A stretch of 64,000 bases of DNA from positions 744,001-808,000 of the forward strand of contig CP142737.1 in the NCBI GenBank assembly GCA_036630325.1. The letters are read 5' to 3'. Source of the DNA: Vairimorpha necatrix (taxonomy: Eukaryota). A model generated the notes under the pieces. It worked only from the letters and a program-made list of their open reading frames with translations. It was not told the origin of the DNA and made no database searches. A program made the position numbers and the translations under genes. Below, in pieces: positions 34,914-48,541 of the stretch. Positions within the stretch are counted from its first letter, which is position 1. Every line of letters begins with the position of its first letter.

Positions 34914-35201
34914 ATGAGACTTTTACCTTTTATTAACATTCTGTTATTAGTAAGGTCATCGAACGTTTCTAAAAATAAAAAAAATGAATATGTTGCTATT
35001 CATAAATCAAATGACACTATAGATACAAACATTGATATTGTAAAAGATGAAAATGTTTTAAAAGAAGCTGAAAATGTTTCCAGAGAAAACTCAGACGATA
35101 AAAAAGAAGGAGGGATTTTAAACTGTCTATATAGGTATTTTGAAGACGAAATTTTGTGGTTTAGATGCATGGGGGAATATTTCTATTCATTTTTCAGATG
35201 A
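34914..35201 (+). CDS. Small putative secreted protein
   Basis: Signal peptide resembling that of 27363 (INILLLVRSSNV vs LNILLLIKTSDV); CCC upstream. Confidence 0.6.
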   Translation: MRLLPFINILLLVRSSNVSKNKKNEYVAIHKSNDTIDTNIDIVKDENVLKEAENVSRENSDDKKEGGILNCLYRYFEDEILWFRCMGEYFYSFFR

Positions 35202-38200
35202 AGCACCAATAATAAAAAAATCCTTATTGACAAACACTATTTATATATTTAACTAAGAATTTAGACAATTATATTTTGTTTACATTTGCACTTCTCTATT
35301 ATGTAACTAACAAAATATATATTTTATCGTTTGTTATGTTAAATTTTTAAGGATAAGTTTAACGAATTATTAATACTTATGAGTACTAGACAAAGTTTTT
35401 TTTTTACAAATTAAGAGATATGTCTTTTTTTGCTAAAAACGAATTTTAATACATTCATTGCAATGCTGCTTTGATTTTATTGCAAGAAGGCAAACGTTTT
35501 CAAAAACATGATTTTTTTAAAGTTTTATTTTTCACATTTTTGAGAATATGTTTGATTCAATTACATTCATCGTTGCGATATTAAATTATGTCTAAATAAT
35601 ATAGTATTCTTGGCCGACGTAGGCGTAAATTATATAAATCTTTTTATAAGTAAAAATGCTGTTGAAAAGGGCACTTACAATACGCGCATTTAGCCCCCGC
35701 TAAAAATTTTAGAAACACGAAATGAGTCAAAAAAATGTGCAATGATTGGGCCCCCAAAACGAACTACACTATTGTGAATCAATAAAGTACCTGCATTAAT
35801 TAAAAGAATATGATGCATCTAAATCAATGTTACTAGCCCCGATCTGTGTTCCCAATTATGGCTTTTTTAGATGTAAACATAATTGGGCGAAAAAAACTAC
35901 GTTGAAAGTTTTTTTATATTGTTAAAATTTCAAACTACTAAATTTATGCAATCACAAATAAAAATAACAAAAAAACAATGTTACCTTAATCAGTTTTAAA
36001 ATTCTTATAACAATTTCACTTGATTTATCGATAGTTTTTGAAAATAACAAGTTTATTCTATAAAAGAACTTGTACGTACTGCGTAATATTTGAATATACT
36101 CTTATAATGTTTAACAAGCCCATTCCATTAAAATTTTTTACAATCCTATTAACGAGACATTATAATATATGATTCATTTAATAATCGCAAATCTACTTCT
36201 TTCTTGTGTGTTCCTAATATTTTTCTATCTATTTGTATGCATAATCGATTTTTTTTTGTCATACTAATTTGTTTAATAGTACAAAAAAAATTCCAAGGTT
36301 GTACTTATTTTTTTTATCAAGACTGTTTGAATTTTATGTTATGAGAAGTTTGTTTCTTTTCACTTACATAAATTATGAACATAGAAAGGAAATGTTAACA
36401 ATACCCTTAAGAACCAAGACCAAAAAAATGGTTTAAAGCCAAAGTTCCCCTTTAAGGGGCCATCCAGTTCTTAAGTTAAATAAAACATATTAAGTTTTGA
36501 AAAAATGTATTTGCACAATATGTGCTACTATGTGTTACACCACTTGTGAATTATGCGGTCCCCCCCTTTTACACAAGACCTTTATTCCACGCTTGATTTT
36601 TCTTCGGAAAGCTCATAATTCAGCTTTATTCAAGTTGCTTTGTGGTATTTTATTTTGTCGAACTAACTTTTATCTGCTCAGGTAATTTGACAATCAGCTG
36701 TATTTAGTATTTTTGTGATCATTTTATAAAAAAGTCTTGTAGTTTTTTTATTTACGTGGACATATAGTTGTATAAATATGCAAATACGACAATAATTGTC
36801 TTTATTTTTATTTTTTGCTCATAAAATAAGATTATGTTAAATAAAAGTATATACATTTACATGTATTACATAAATCTTTGGACAAATTTTTAATAAAATC
36901 TACTTGAAATGTATGAATGATACAAAAAATGACCGCTGGTATCTATTTTTTCTTTTTGCGTCAAGTATTTGTAAAATTTTAGTAATGAAAGAAAAAATGA
37001 ATAATTATGTGGATAAGAAGTTTTGAATTTTCACGGACTGCTTCTGTTTTTATAAAATCGTAGGAAGACAAATATATTTTGCCTTTTAAGCCAAGACAAA
37101 AAGATTATACTGTTTAAAAAAAATAATCAATAAAATCACATAAATTTAGGCATATAGCAAATTGAGACTTTTTGCCCGTAAAATGCGCCGTTCGAAAAAA
37201 AATACCGCTTATAAAGACATATGGGGAGATAAGACGTTTTTATTTTTGTCAAATTAAATTTATGACGATAAAAAAAAGTGTAACCTATGAGTTTTAAAAG
37301 GTTACAAAGGGGTCAATCAAAAAGAACTTAAGTATTAGAACAAGATGTAATGCAGACTATATTGGTCGTAGTTTATATTACGATATCAATTGTGCATAGA
37401 TTTTGTTTAAATATTGTAGATTACGTTGAAAATTCAGAAGATGATTTACTTGATGATAAATTGGCTACACAAAAAAATTAAAATACTCTTTTTTACTGTT
37501 TGAATATTTAATAATACTTTTCACTGAAAACGCAGAAAATCTGATCAAGTCCCACAAAACCATGTCAGATGTATGAAAAATACATGTTTTGGTCGAGTGA
37601 GTTACCTGAACTCGAGAACAGGCAGGACTATGCAATTAAATAATATAAAGGTGGGTAGATCCTATTTTATTGACAAGAGGTATAGTAGGGGGAAAAGATC
37701 AGAGTAAGGAAATTGTTGCCTGGTCATATAATAATTTAAGTCAATCTTCTACCAGGTAAACATTCTCTTTCTTATGTTCAAAGGTTTCATTAGAGAGATA
37801 ACTGACCAATCTAATTCGGAAAATCGTATGATTTGATTAATAATGAAAAGCATATGAGAATTAAATTAACAGCATAATGTATATAGCCCCACTTTATAAA
37901 TTATAAAAAAAATTCAGATCTATATGCTTTAAGAAACTACAACTTTTTTTAATGAATTATCATGATGCTCTATGTATCTATACTCAGACAGCGACTAAAA
38001 GAATGAAATTAAGAAGTATATAGGAAGTGAATTTTACAAGGTATAATTACGTACAGTTGTATTTTACATTTGGGAAGTCATAATGTATCAAAAAATATTC
38101 TCTATTATAACCCTAGTTACATAAATCTATATTGTAACATATCTGTTATATTATAATTTGGTTAAACTTTGTAAATTAATTATATTTAATAAAATACATA

Positions 38201-40398
38201 CTATATATCTCAATTACAGAGTAAATAGTAAGCATTGTAAAATTGTAGTTATAATATCTTCTCAATTTTTTTTTCAACAATTATGTAAATGAAACATAAA
38301 CAAAACAAAAAAATCGGGACTAGTTGTAAACTGTAATTAAGACGAACTATTATGTTTGTATATTGGTATGACATCATTGAAGATGTTTTTTTTTGTTTTT
38401 ACCTCTTGAAATTGACTCTGCTGTCAAGGCACAATTAATTACAATGTAAATAATTTAACGCCTGCGGTTCACTAAAATATGCAGACAAAACATTAACTCA
38501 ATTTAAAATTGATTTTATATACAAATTTATTTCATTTTATTTTATTCTTACTTTTTTTTTCAATAATCAAAAAAAAGATAAAAATGAAGGGCTATATGTG
38601 TCTTGTAGTATATATATGCTCTTCAAGTATTATGTAGTGTATTTATTAAATTTCAGACTCTTTTAATATATTTTGTAAAGTGCTAGGAGCATAGATAAAT
38701 AAAAAAATTTTAAGTATAAAATTTCTGGTTTATAAATGAAAAAAACGGGTGTAATATACAACATTAAAATAAAATGAAACGGATTTAATTCTTAAAACCA
38801 TTCTACTCCACTCACTTCATCCGTTTTAAGTCGTGTATACAACTTTGCAAATCAAAGATCAATATATATTTTCAAGTTATGAGACATATTTGCAAAGTGT
38901 CAAAAAATACGCCGATCAAGTAAATTCATCACCAAATCGAACTTTCTTAAAGTACTATCAAAAAAACAACATATTACCATATCGGATAAGATAGTTTTAA
39001 GTCAATAATGCTATATTAAAATTATCTTGACAAAATATTTAGCGGAAATTTTTTATTCATGAGAAAAAGTTATAAATTTTATTATTTAATAAAAAGACAT
39101 AAATTTACAAGTGTAAACTAAGGAAATTGATGTAATTTTGTACATTTTATTTCAAAGCTATGGAAGAAAATACCTTTGAATCTCCTCACTAACAATTTAA
39201 AATTGTTTTCTCCTTTTTGAGTGTTTCTTTTCATAAAACACACTTAATAGCGAAATAATTGTTACGCCCTATGTCTAAATGTCTAGACCCTTCCTTTTTT
39301 AAGCGAAGGTAATTGAAGTACACGATACCCATAAATGCATTTTGCTTTACAATGATCAGTGTCGAAAAATAAAGTATTATTAATAACCCCTCTGTAAGGC
39401 ACATTCTAATTGTTAGTAATTTTTTCGATTAACTTTTGTACGTTGTATCATATCTAAACCCCCTTGCTAGTAGTTCAATACTAATTAAAAAGAAATTAGG
39501 CATCTAACTAGCTAGTGCAAAATACAGTTAGAGTTTACGAATTGTATTAAAATTTTTATTTTTTGCAAAGACAATTAGTATTTCGAAGGTACAACACAAA
39601 TATGTAAATGTAAGTCAAAGAAAAACTTAAAGTAAGTGTTGCATTTTTATTCCTAAGCTCGAGATGTCGAACCTAAATAATTGTATATAGTATTTTTGCA
39701 CGGAAAAAACTAAAGATATAGGTAAATAGTTACTTTTTCGTTTTTGGTGCTCTTAGTGCGACTAATTGTTAGATTCTCATTATACGAGAAAAATAGTCAA
39801 TTTCATAAAACAGGAGGTTTTAAAGGGTTACGTGCCTATTAAACAGTGGTTCTTTTAAAATGACAAATAATTTGAATGATGAAAGCTCAAAAAATTGTAC
39901 TTTATTTGTATTACCATTGCTACGGGGTAAACCATTAAAAATTTTAGAAATACTAATTCATATTATTCAAACTATGTTTATTTTTTATAAAATATTTTAT
40001 AGGTATTTGTACAACGAAATGAAAATACAACCTTCCTTATAGCAGTATCATATTCGACAAAAATTTATTGTAATCTATGTGAAATATTATGAAATAAAAC
40101 CATAAAAAACTTTTATAACTTGCGGGGTCGATTTGATGCAAATGGGAGGTTTTTTATTTATTAAAGAAAATAAAATACACAATTTTTTAGAAATATTTTT
40201 ATGTCGAAAAAAAATACTAGCTCTTCAAATTTTATAAATTTTTGTAACGTAAGGCAATAAAATAAAAAAAATCAATATTTATTAGTAAAAAAACTCCTAC
40301 ACTAGATTAGCAAAGTTTTTTAAAATGAAATATTAAAAAAAAGTTTTTAAAAAAGATAATCAGAACTTAGATTACACCTTTGTGCAATCAAATATTCC

Positions 40399-40605
40399 TC
40401 ATCTTAAAAATCTCTCTGTATCGTTAATAATCTCAAAATCCTTTTCTTTGATTTCTGGTCTTATTAATATTCCTTGTGGTTTTGTATATTCATCGCTTGG
40501 TTTTACTTTATCATCTTTATTGACATTTACAAGTGTCAAGAATAGATAATATACCGTTAGTAAGATCAGGAATATTATAATAAGACTAAAAGATCTCAAG
40601 ATCAT
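40399..40605 (-). CDS. Small single-TM hypothetical protein
   Basis: N-terminal hydrophobic helix followed by a charged tail; CC just before ATG. Confidence 0.5.
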   Translation of the reverse strand: MILRSFSLIIIFLILLTVYYLFLTLVNVNKDDKVKPSDEYTKPQGILIRPEIKEKDFEIINDTERFLR

Positions 40606-41262
40606 TAGGAAATTTACTTATATTACTTTTAGTTAATAGTTTAGAAACTAACAAATCGACTCCAACTTGTTATGCATGTTACAACTTCTGACATATTAAT
40701 TCTATATTTGAAATTTTATAATTGAAACACAAAATTACAAATTAGATTTTCGGGAATGTAAAAGATTTTTAAAATAAATAGAAGCTACCTTACATCGTCT
40801 ATAAATATTTAAAATATAAAATTACAACAATTTTTGACCAGCTTATGGTATAGTAAGTCAAAAACGAAGTAGATTGTATCAAGAATTACACAAATAAATG
40901 TTTATGTAAAATTTATTTTATTTTTGAATATTAATTTTACAATTTTGAGATTAGTTTCATAAATTTTTCACGTTCTAAAATCTATTAACGGCTGTAATTG
41001 CGTTTCATAATATCATTGATTGAGATGTTTTTGCGAAATCTTATTCTTTAAAATAATAACAAAATAAAAGCCATACAATTGAACATAATATATTTATTGA
41101 TTCACGACCGATGACGTGTCCAAACAAATAAAAAGTTCAAAAAGAACTTATAAAGAGATAAAAAAAATAATCTTGACGTGAAACAGTTTTATATCCTATG
41201 TATTATGTAATTTAACCATTTTCAACAAGTTTAGACATAAAAATCATAACTTTTTTTACCCC

Positions 41263-43288
41263 ATGGTAGCCATAAAATACCTATGTGAACTACTTTTAAA
41301 TCATCCTGATACTTATTATTATTACATAAATGCTCTTATACAGCCCCAAGACATAGTTATATATAATCCCAAACATCATGACGCGATAGATTTATTTTTT
41401 ATCGAATTTGATGAATCTATTTTAATTATAAAAAGAGGCTTTGAACTTGTTAAAACAGTTGAAAGAATCAATTTATCTTTTTCTAGCTTATTATCAATTA
41501 TCGAAAAAGTATTGACAAATATTTTAGATCGAGATTATATAAGATACAGTCGCGTTCTAGTAGTTTTTGATGATACAAAATCAGAGAAACTTAGGGAAGC
41601 TGGATTTCTTATAAGTTTATTTAAAATGATACCATTTTTGGATTCTGTGATCATTCAAGAAACATTCGATGAAAAATGTGATTGGACCACTTCTCATAAA
41701 AAATATAAAATAACAGATTTATCATTGGGACTATGCCTGTTACACTTCATAAATTTTGCTTATATTTTAGATCAAAAATCTACAATAACTGGCACTATTC
41801 GTTTTGCAGATGATGCAGTTTTAGGAGTGAGAGGATTTAAAAATTTTATATCCGCAAATAGAAGTATACATGAGTATGTAAAATGGTTACGAAAATTATT
41901 TGCTGAAGATAGTGAAAATTACGTATTATTTGGCAAAGATGGTACAAAATTTCACGACCTTCTTTGGCAGTTGCAAGAGAATAAATCAATATCCGATGAT
42001 TTTTTTATTGAAATCGTACAATTATTGTATCATATGGAAACAAGTTCCTTTTGCTATAAAAAAGTTGATTTAGAATATCTTGATACTATACAAGTAACAG
42101 ATAATAAGAAGCTAATTGAATATATAAAAACAGGAAAAGTAGATGAAAAGGTATATACATCCGATAAGTTCCATACTATAATCACGGATTGTAACCTTCC
42201 AAACTTCTCAGTAAAAGAAAATGCACAGTGTTTTATGCAATTTAATTGTTGGGCAGAAAAAAAAGGATCTTATGAACATGAATTCAATGATTTCATACCA
42301 TTTTATCGAACCAATCAGAACAAAGGTTTCGACATTTACAAAAAAGTATTCAAGAGTTAGATTTCCGGATCTTAAAACCGAAGATGGTTTGTATGATGGC
42401 GAACCCAAATCCTATGCTATGAGTCTTAAGAAATATAAAAACCTTCTTCAAAACATTTCAGCAAAAGCATTCTACGCAATGGAAGGATGTCTACTTATGA
42501 AAATATTTAATAATTATGAAAATTACGAAAAGAGAAGAGAAGATTTTCGTAGTATTTTTAATGCTGATGGGCCTGAAAAATATTTGATGTACGGCCATCT
42601 AGTAAATGATAGTGTGATTCCGTGTTTCGAGGATTATAGATCACCCCGTCATCAATTAATAAGTGATCCTTGTTATTATCCAAAAAATGCGTCTAGACCT
42701 AGATCATCTAAGAAATACACTTCTAACTCAAGAATTCCAAATGACAATGTCTTAGGAGATTACAAAATGGACATTGATTGGTATATAGAAAATTTTTTAT
42801 TTATATTTATGTATTTTAAATACGAAGGTTTTTACGCTTTGACTGTTTTATTTGCCTTCAATATAATTGATATGCCTTATGATGATATTAAAAGTAAATT
42901 TACGCATTACTTTGATGAAAATGTAATTACGCATTTTTCAAGATTAGAACCTCTTAGAAAAAATAAAGCTTTATATAAAAATCAGGATGGTGTATTAAGT
43001 AATGTGTATACATCAAAGGATTATCAGAAAGTTATTGAATATTTTTGTAATAAAGTAAAAGAGGATTGGATGACTTACGGTGGCCTAGATAAACAGATTT
43101 GTTCACATTTTTATAACGAAACATTTTGTTCTAAGACTATATCTGATACTAAAACCAAAACTGGTTCTCTGGTAGAAACAAGTAAGGGTCGTGTAGTGAA
43201 TATTACAACCCCAAACCATTATACTTTTGAACTTTTAGCTCGTGCAAATGTAAAAATCCCTTATTCTACTATTGGTACTTCCGAATGA
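41263..43288 (+). pseudogene. Unknown ~670-aa protein split by a +1 frameshift (or two overlapping genes)
   Basis: ORFs 41263-42360 and 42221-43288 overlap in different frames; CCCC-ATG only at 41263. Confidence 0.55.
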
Positions 43289-43330
43289 AAATTTTTTATT
43301 TTAAAATTTGATTAATAACTAATTAATAAT

Positions 43331-43969
43331 TTATTTTTCATGATATGCCCACTTAAGTTTTTCATACATGCATCTCCAATTTTGTATATCTAAGTGATTC
43401 GGATTTTCTATCCAACTTTGAATTCTAAAGGATCTCATCATATTGTCAAATGTATAAATTCCTCTAAGTTTTTCTTTCCAGAATTTAATTGTATCACATA
43501 CTGTATCGTATCTTGGTATTGCAAGTAATTTGGGACATTCAATATAATCATTACACGATAATTCAGATAAATAGGCATAATTTTCATATCCTCTAATCAT
43601 CAACAATCCTCTAGATTTATATTTGTCATTGCTACATCTTTCTTCAAATGTCTTATAATAAGAAGTATTATGAAGACTAGAAGCCACAAATAAAGCTAGT
43701 TTGTTTTTATCTTTTCGCCCAATACATTCCCATATATAATAAAGTATACATTTTAATAGTTCGTAATCTGTATATGTGAAATCATATCTGAATGTTTTTA
43801 TCGTCTTCTCGACAAATCTTTCGAAATTCCAACTATAATGACATGGTTTATCGTAGGAATATTCTTTGTATGAGGATTTTTTAGATCTGTTGCAACAATC
43901 TGTATTTAATGCTCTATAATCTCCAAAGTTACTGCATGAAACTAGAGATATCAGTAATAGAGATAACAT
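43331..43969 (-). CDS. Secreted GH19 chitinase-like protein
   Basis: Signal peptide; LALFVASSLHNT...FEE and YKSRGLLMIRGYENY; paralog of 27363. Confidence 0.8.
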   Translation of the reverse strand: MLSLLLISLVSCSNFGDYRALNTDCCNRSKKSSYKEYSYDKPCHYSWNFERFVEKTIKTFRYDFTYTDYELLKCILYYIWECIGRKDKNKLALFVASSLHNTSYYKTFEERCSNDKYKSRGLLMIRGYENYAYLSELSCNDYIECPKLLAIPRYDTVCDTIKFWKEKLRGIYTFDNMMRSFRIQSWIENPNHLDIQNWRCMYEKLKWAYHEK

Positions 43970-45359
43970 AAAATCGAAGAATTTTTTTTCTTTTATACTT
44001 TTAATTTTTAGTTTGTTTGTTTAAACGAACAAACCAACTATTTATGATGAAGAATACTGAACAGTAAATATAAATTTTTTTAGAAAAAAAACTGATGCAA
44101 AAAATATGTTATTTAATTTCAATATTTGTTTTATACAAATATAGTGTATTTTGTTAAAACAACAATATTTGAATTTTTTTTTATCGTGTAATTGTAGGCT
44201 TTGTTACAAAAATAATACTCATTTAAATTTTAAAAAAAATTTAACATTTGCTGTTCTAACTTATGTTTTATTGTTGTAACTTTCTGTATAATGTCCATAC
44301 CTAAAGCAGCTTAAGTTATAGCCATATTAATTCTTTTTGCTTGCAATATTTTCACTTTTTACATTATTTACGGACTTTTAGGTAAATTTTTTTTTATGTT
44401 CTAATTTCTGTTTATCTATATGTACACTTTTTTATTTTAATTTTTGATTGACAAGCCAAAGCATTGACGTTTCATTACGGAATTATGTATATTTTAATAT
44501 TATGCCCCATTATAAATTTTTAAATTTTCACTTAAAGAAAAAAAACAAAATACAAGCTTCATTCATTGTTTATTTTGAAGAAATGGTTTAAATTAGTAGA
44601 GTATTTTTTGGAATGGAAAAAAACAACCTTTTGCATTATGACATCAGTAAAACTGATTTCTAAATTTATGTTAAATTTGTTATTTTCCATTTTTAACTTT
44701 AGGCCATTTAATATTTTTTTGCAATTTTTGACTTTAAAAGAATATAGCTTTGGATTTTTTAATAAAAGACAAAAAATTTAAACCTTATAATTAGAAAAGT
44801 AAATTAAAGAAAAATTAAATATGTGGGGTTAACACATAGCTAATCTAATGATAGTATTAAAATTTTTCATGCAGATCATATTTAATATTGCATAAAAACG
44901 GAAGTATTTAATCATTAAAAAAAAACTATGGAAAAATGACTAAAATTTATAAAAAAATTTCTTATGATCAGGTAAAATAGATTGAGAATTTAAATTGATT
45001 GAAAACAACTACATAAATATCTTTTTGGATAGTCAAAATGTTTTAATACAATAAAGTCAAGTAGATATAGTCTTCTAAGCATTTTATACTTGAAAATCGG
45101 GGCGCTGTGGATTTAAAAATTTTCTTTTAAATATATAATACTAATTGTTTTAATTATAGGCTTCATCTAAATGAGATAAATATTAAGACATAATAAAAGT
45201 TTTAATACTTAGTAATGACTTAGAATATACCAAACATATTATTTTGTGAAATGGTCTTATTTTACAATTCATTTTGCGCATTTAAAAGGTCGATTCGTTT
45301 TCGTTCATTCTTTTTGCTTTTTTCTAAAAAATTTAAAATATATTATTTGTTTTTTTCTT

Positions 45360-45477
45360 AATTACGGCCATATCTACTGTAAAGCACCGGAACTCGTCAG
45401 CTCTCCGAAGTTAAGCCAGTAAGAGCCTTGTAAGTACTGAGATGGGAGACCGCTCGGAAAAGCAGGGTGCTGTAATT
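45360..45477 (+). rRNA. 5S rRNA
   Basis: ~118 nt; terminal helix AATTACGGC/GCTGTAATT, conserved CCGAAGTTAAGC and AGTACT..ATGGGAGACC, oligo-T terminator. Confidence 0.95.
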
Positions 45478-46316
45478 TTTGAAAATTTGATAAGGTGCAA
45501 TTCATTTTATTTGTCCACATATCTTTTTTATTGCATGATAAAATCAAAAAAAATGACCCTTTTGACATTATTCCTCCGTATACATATATTTTTATTTTTG
45601 AAAGTCAAGGTAGTGAAAATAAAATTTATAAAACAAAAACAAGAATTTCATAGGCCTTATATTGAAAATTGACTCAATAATCACAATAACAGTTTATAAT
45701 GATATAAAATTCTTTTAAACAGTGTTTAATATCTCAAAGTATCATATTTTTTACTTGTATTAATATTACACTTGCCAAGGTATAATAAATTTTCATGTTT
45801 TTTAATAATTCACATTTGTATTCTTTCTTCTATTCAAATCTTATACTAAGTTTTTTAATACATATAATTTTACGCACCTTGCCTTATAAACATCTTTAAG
45901 ATGTATAATATCGATTTTGTGAATAGTAAGAAATAAATTCTATTATTAAAGTATATATTTCTAAGATAATTGCACTTACAACATCCCAATAAGTTATAAT
46001 AAATTGATTAAGACTTCTCTTTTTTGCGTATAAAATGTATAATAAAGAGATGTCATGACCTTTTAGGTCGAAGAAAGATTGCAAATAAAAATGTGTTAAA
46101 TTTACCAATATGTTATATTCTTGTAATTTTATTTTATTTTGCTCATCCACATTTTCCACTTAGACTTTCAAAAATTATGCTAAAAATAAAATCTAAAATT
46201 TTTAAAATTGAATATGACCTTGATTCGTGACATTACGCCTTAGAAAAAATATACTACGCACAATTGAGCTTGCTTTTATAAATTTGACTAAAAGAATAAA
46301 AGGTTGCATTTTATAT

Positions 46317-46898
46317 TTATAATACTTTATTAATTGTTTCTACCCCTTCTTTACTTACAATTTTGATTTCTATATTAGAAATATCCACAGAGCATCTTTG
46401 TTTTAAAACATAAAAACATTTCTGTATTATTTTTATTCCGTCTTCTTTGGTTATATTCTTATGATATTCCTTGTCAAGCACACCGTAGCAAAAATAAGTA
46501 GAAATTCCTACAGCCATAAAATCATTCTCATGCAAAGATCCATATAAATCTACGCTGTATAACTCAGGGCCGTCTTGTGACAGTCCACCTACTAAAAAAT
46601 AACAATTTTTAGGATGTGATCTTAAGTTGTCATATAAAGTCTTCTGGATTACATTGGCAGTCACCTTAGGAGTAATTTCTACATTATTCTGTATCTCTTC
46701 GTAAATTAACTTCTCATTGATAAAAGACGAAGTTCTAAAAGCATCTCCTTGGTCGCCCAAGTAGGTAAAAACCACCTTATTGTTTATATTGTAAAATTTA
46801 TCTTCTTCCCTTTTAAGAACTAAATATGAATTCTTTACACTAGAATCAGTTCCTATAATGACAAAATCATTGCCTTTTAGAGCTACAGAAGATTCCAT
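46317..46898 (-). CDS. PRE1: 20S proteasome beta subunit (beta4/PSMB2-like)
   Basis: MESSVALKGNDFVIIGTD...DK...GDQGD...LVGG...GPELYSVD; ATG 46898 follows CCC. Confidence 0.85.
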   Translation of the reverse strand: MESSVALKGNDFVIIGTDSSVKNSYLVLKREEDKFYNINNKVVFTYLGDQGDAFRTSSFINEKLIYEEIQNNVEITPKVTANVIQKTLYDNLRSHPKNCYFLVGGLSQDGPELYSVDLYGSLHENDFMAVGISTYFCYGVLDKEYHKNITKEDGIKIIQKCFYVLKQRCSVDISNIEIKIVSKEGVETINKVL

Positions 46899-47607
46899 TT
46901 TGTTTTTAGGGTAGAAAATAACAAAAAATAGTAAGACGAAAAAAATCAAACTAAGATATGAAATATCCAGTAGTAACACATAAAACAGAAATGATTTATT
47001 AATGAGAATAGAAAAATGTAATATTTGTTTAAATAAATAAATTGAAGAGGCGTCTTTATTGTTTGAGATAGAATATAAAAAAATCTACAAGAGAGTGTAA
47101 TGACTTGAAGACAAAGTAAATGGAGCATTTCCACTTTGTACACCCTACATATATAAATATCAATTTTAGAAAATATCCCTGATTTTCGGAATTCGAGGCG
47201 GACAGAACGAGAAGAAAAAAAATCGAAAAAAATTTATAAAAAAACAACATAATAACTAAAAATAAACAAATTGTATTTTTATTTTACTATCTACTTGATT
47301 AACTCTGTTTTTATTATACATTTATATGTATAATACTAAAAAACATTATTGTATATGTATAATGAACATTTCAACACGACTAAATTTTAATGTTATTAAT
47401 TAAAAATAAGTAAAAAATTTAATAATATTAATAAATGAAATCAACTGTACAGCAGTTTATTTTCTATAGTTTACAATTCCGAATTGCGCGATGTATATAA
47501 ATGATTTAAAAAACATAAAGTAATGTTTAACTTCTTCATTCGTCTGTAAAAACCAATAAATTAACAAAAATACTAATTTTTTATACATAGTCAAAAATAA
47601 TAATAAC

Positions 47608-48326
47608 TGGCTTGGTTTTTTCCCAGGGGCATCAAAATTATTTTAACTTGTTATGATGCAGATGGAACAACTCAGATGATGAAAATGTCCACATTATCAT
47701 TAAATATGATCAATGAAACTTGTGTGCGTCGAGCCACAAGGGAATTGTGCTCTAGTGTTAAATGCTTTTGAGGCTGAAAAAACAGTAATCCTCTCGTAAT
47801 GACTTAATGATACATAAAAGCATCTGATACGTATGGCATGCGCCTTCTAAATTAAGATCATAAGTTGACTAAGAGATCAGACGAAGTAGAGCAGTAGAAA
47901 GTCTTCCGGACCCTATTCTACAAGATTCTTTAGCACGGCGCAGAAAATTATGGGAGAATGGTGATCAACGCAGCCCAATAAAAATGCCGGGCTGGGGATG
48001 TGGTCGTGTAAGGAGCCGTGTGTGCGATACAGATGATTGTAGGGACCTTTGAGTCAGTACGATGATGTCTCTCCTCGGGTTATAGATAACCATGCCCGTT
48101 AAGTATATCGCGCTGTGAGGTCACTCTGGACGCGATTTGAGGTATAAATGGAAAGTGTTCTCCTGTTCAAAGTTCAATGGATACAACGGAGTTTGCTGCA
48201 CAGTCAAGTCATAAAGAAAGTTTTGTGAGTAAGAATCGTACAGTGCTAGTTGGCAAAAAATCACACACAAATATATCTGGACCCTATGTAAGGTTACCCT
48301 CTACCCCTTATTTATAAGAAAAAAAA
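47608..48326 (+). mobile_element. Older, 5'-truncated copy of the tRNA-headed SINE-like element
   Basis: Colinear with ~55783-56530; remnant CCCAGGGGCATCA head and short A tail; no clean TSD. Confidence 0.85.
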
Positions 48327-48541
48327 TATTTATAATAAAATGTGCTATAAACAAATAAAGTTCAAAATTTTTTATACTATAAAAAACATTCTTATTTATA
48401 ATATGTTGTAAATCCAAAGTATGCAGTTTTTAACGACTGCTTTTTTATTACTTCCATTTTAACATGGTCTCAAAAAATTTCATACCTCTTAAATTTTGTT
48501 TACTCTACTTATTTGTTTAAAAAAAAATTTCAACCCCCTGT

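Noticed and set aside
41795-41830. IRFADD resembling an RT catalytic motif
   Set aside because: No other RT motifs in the surrounding protein
45374-45672. ORFs over 45.4-45.7 kb
   Set aside because: They overlap the 5S rRNA gene and are spurious
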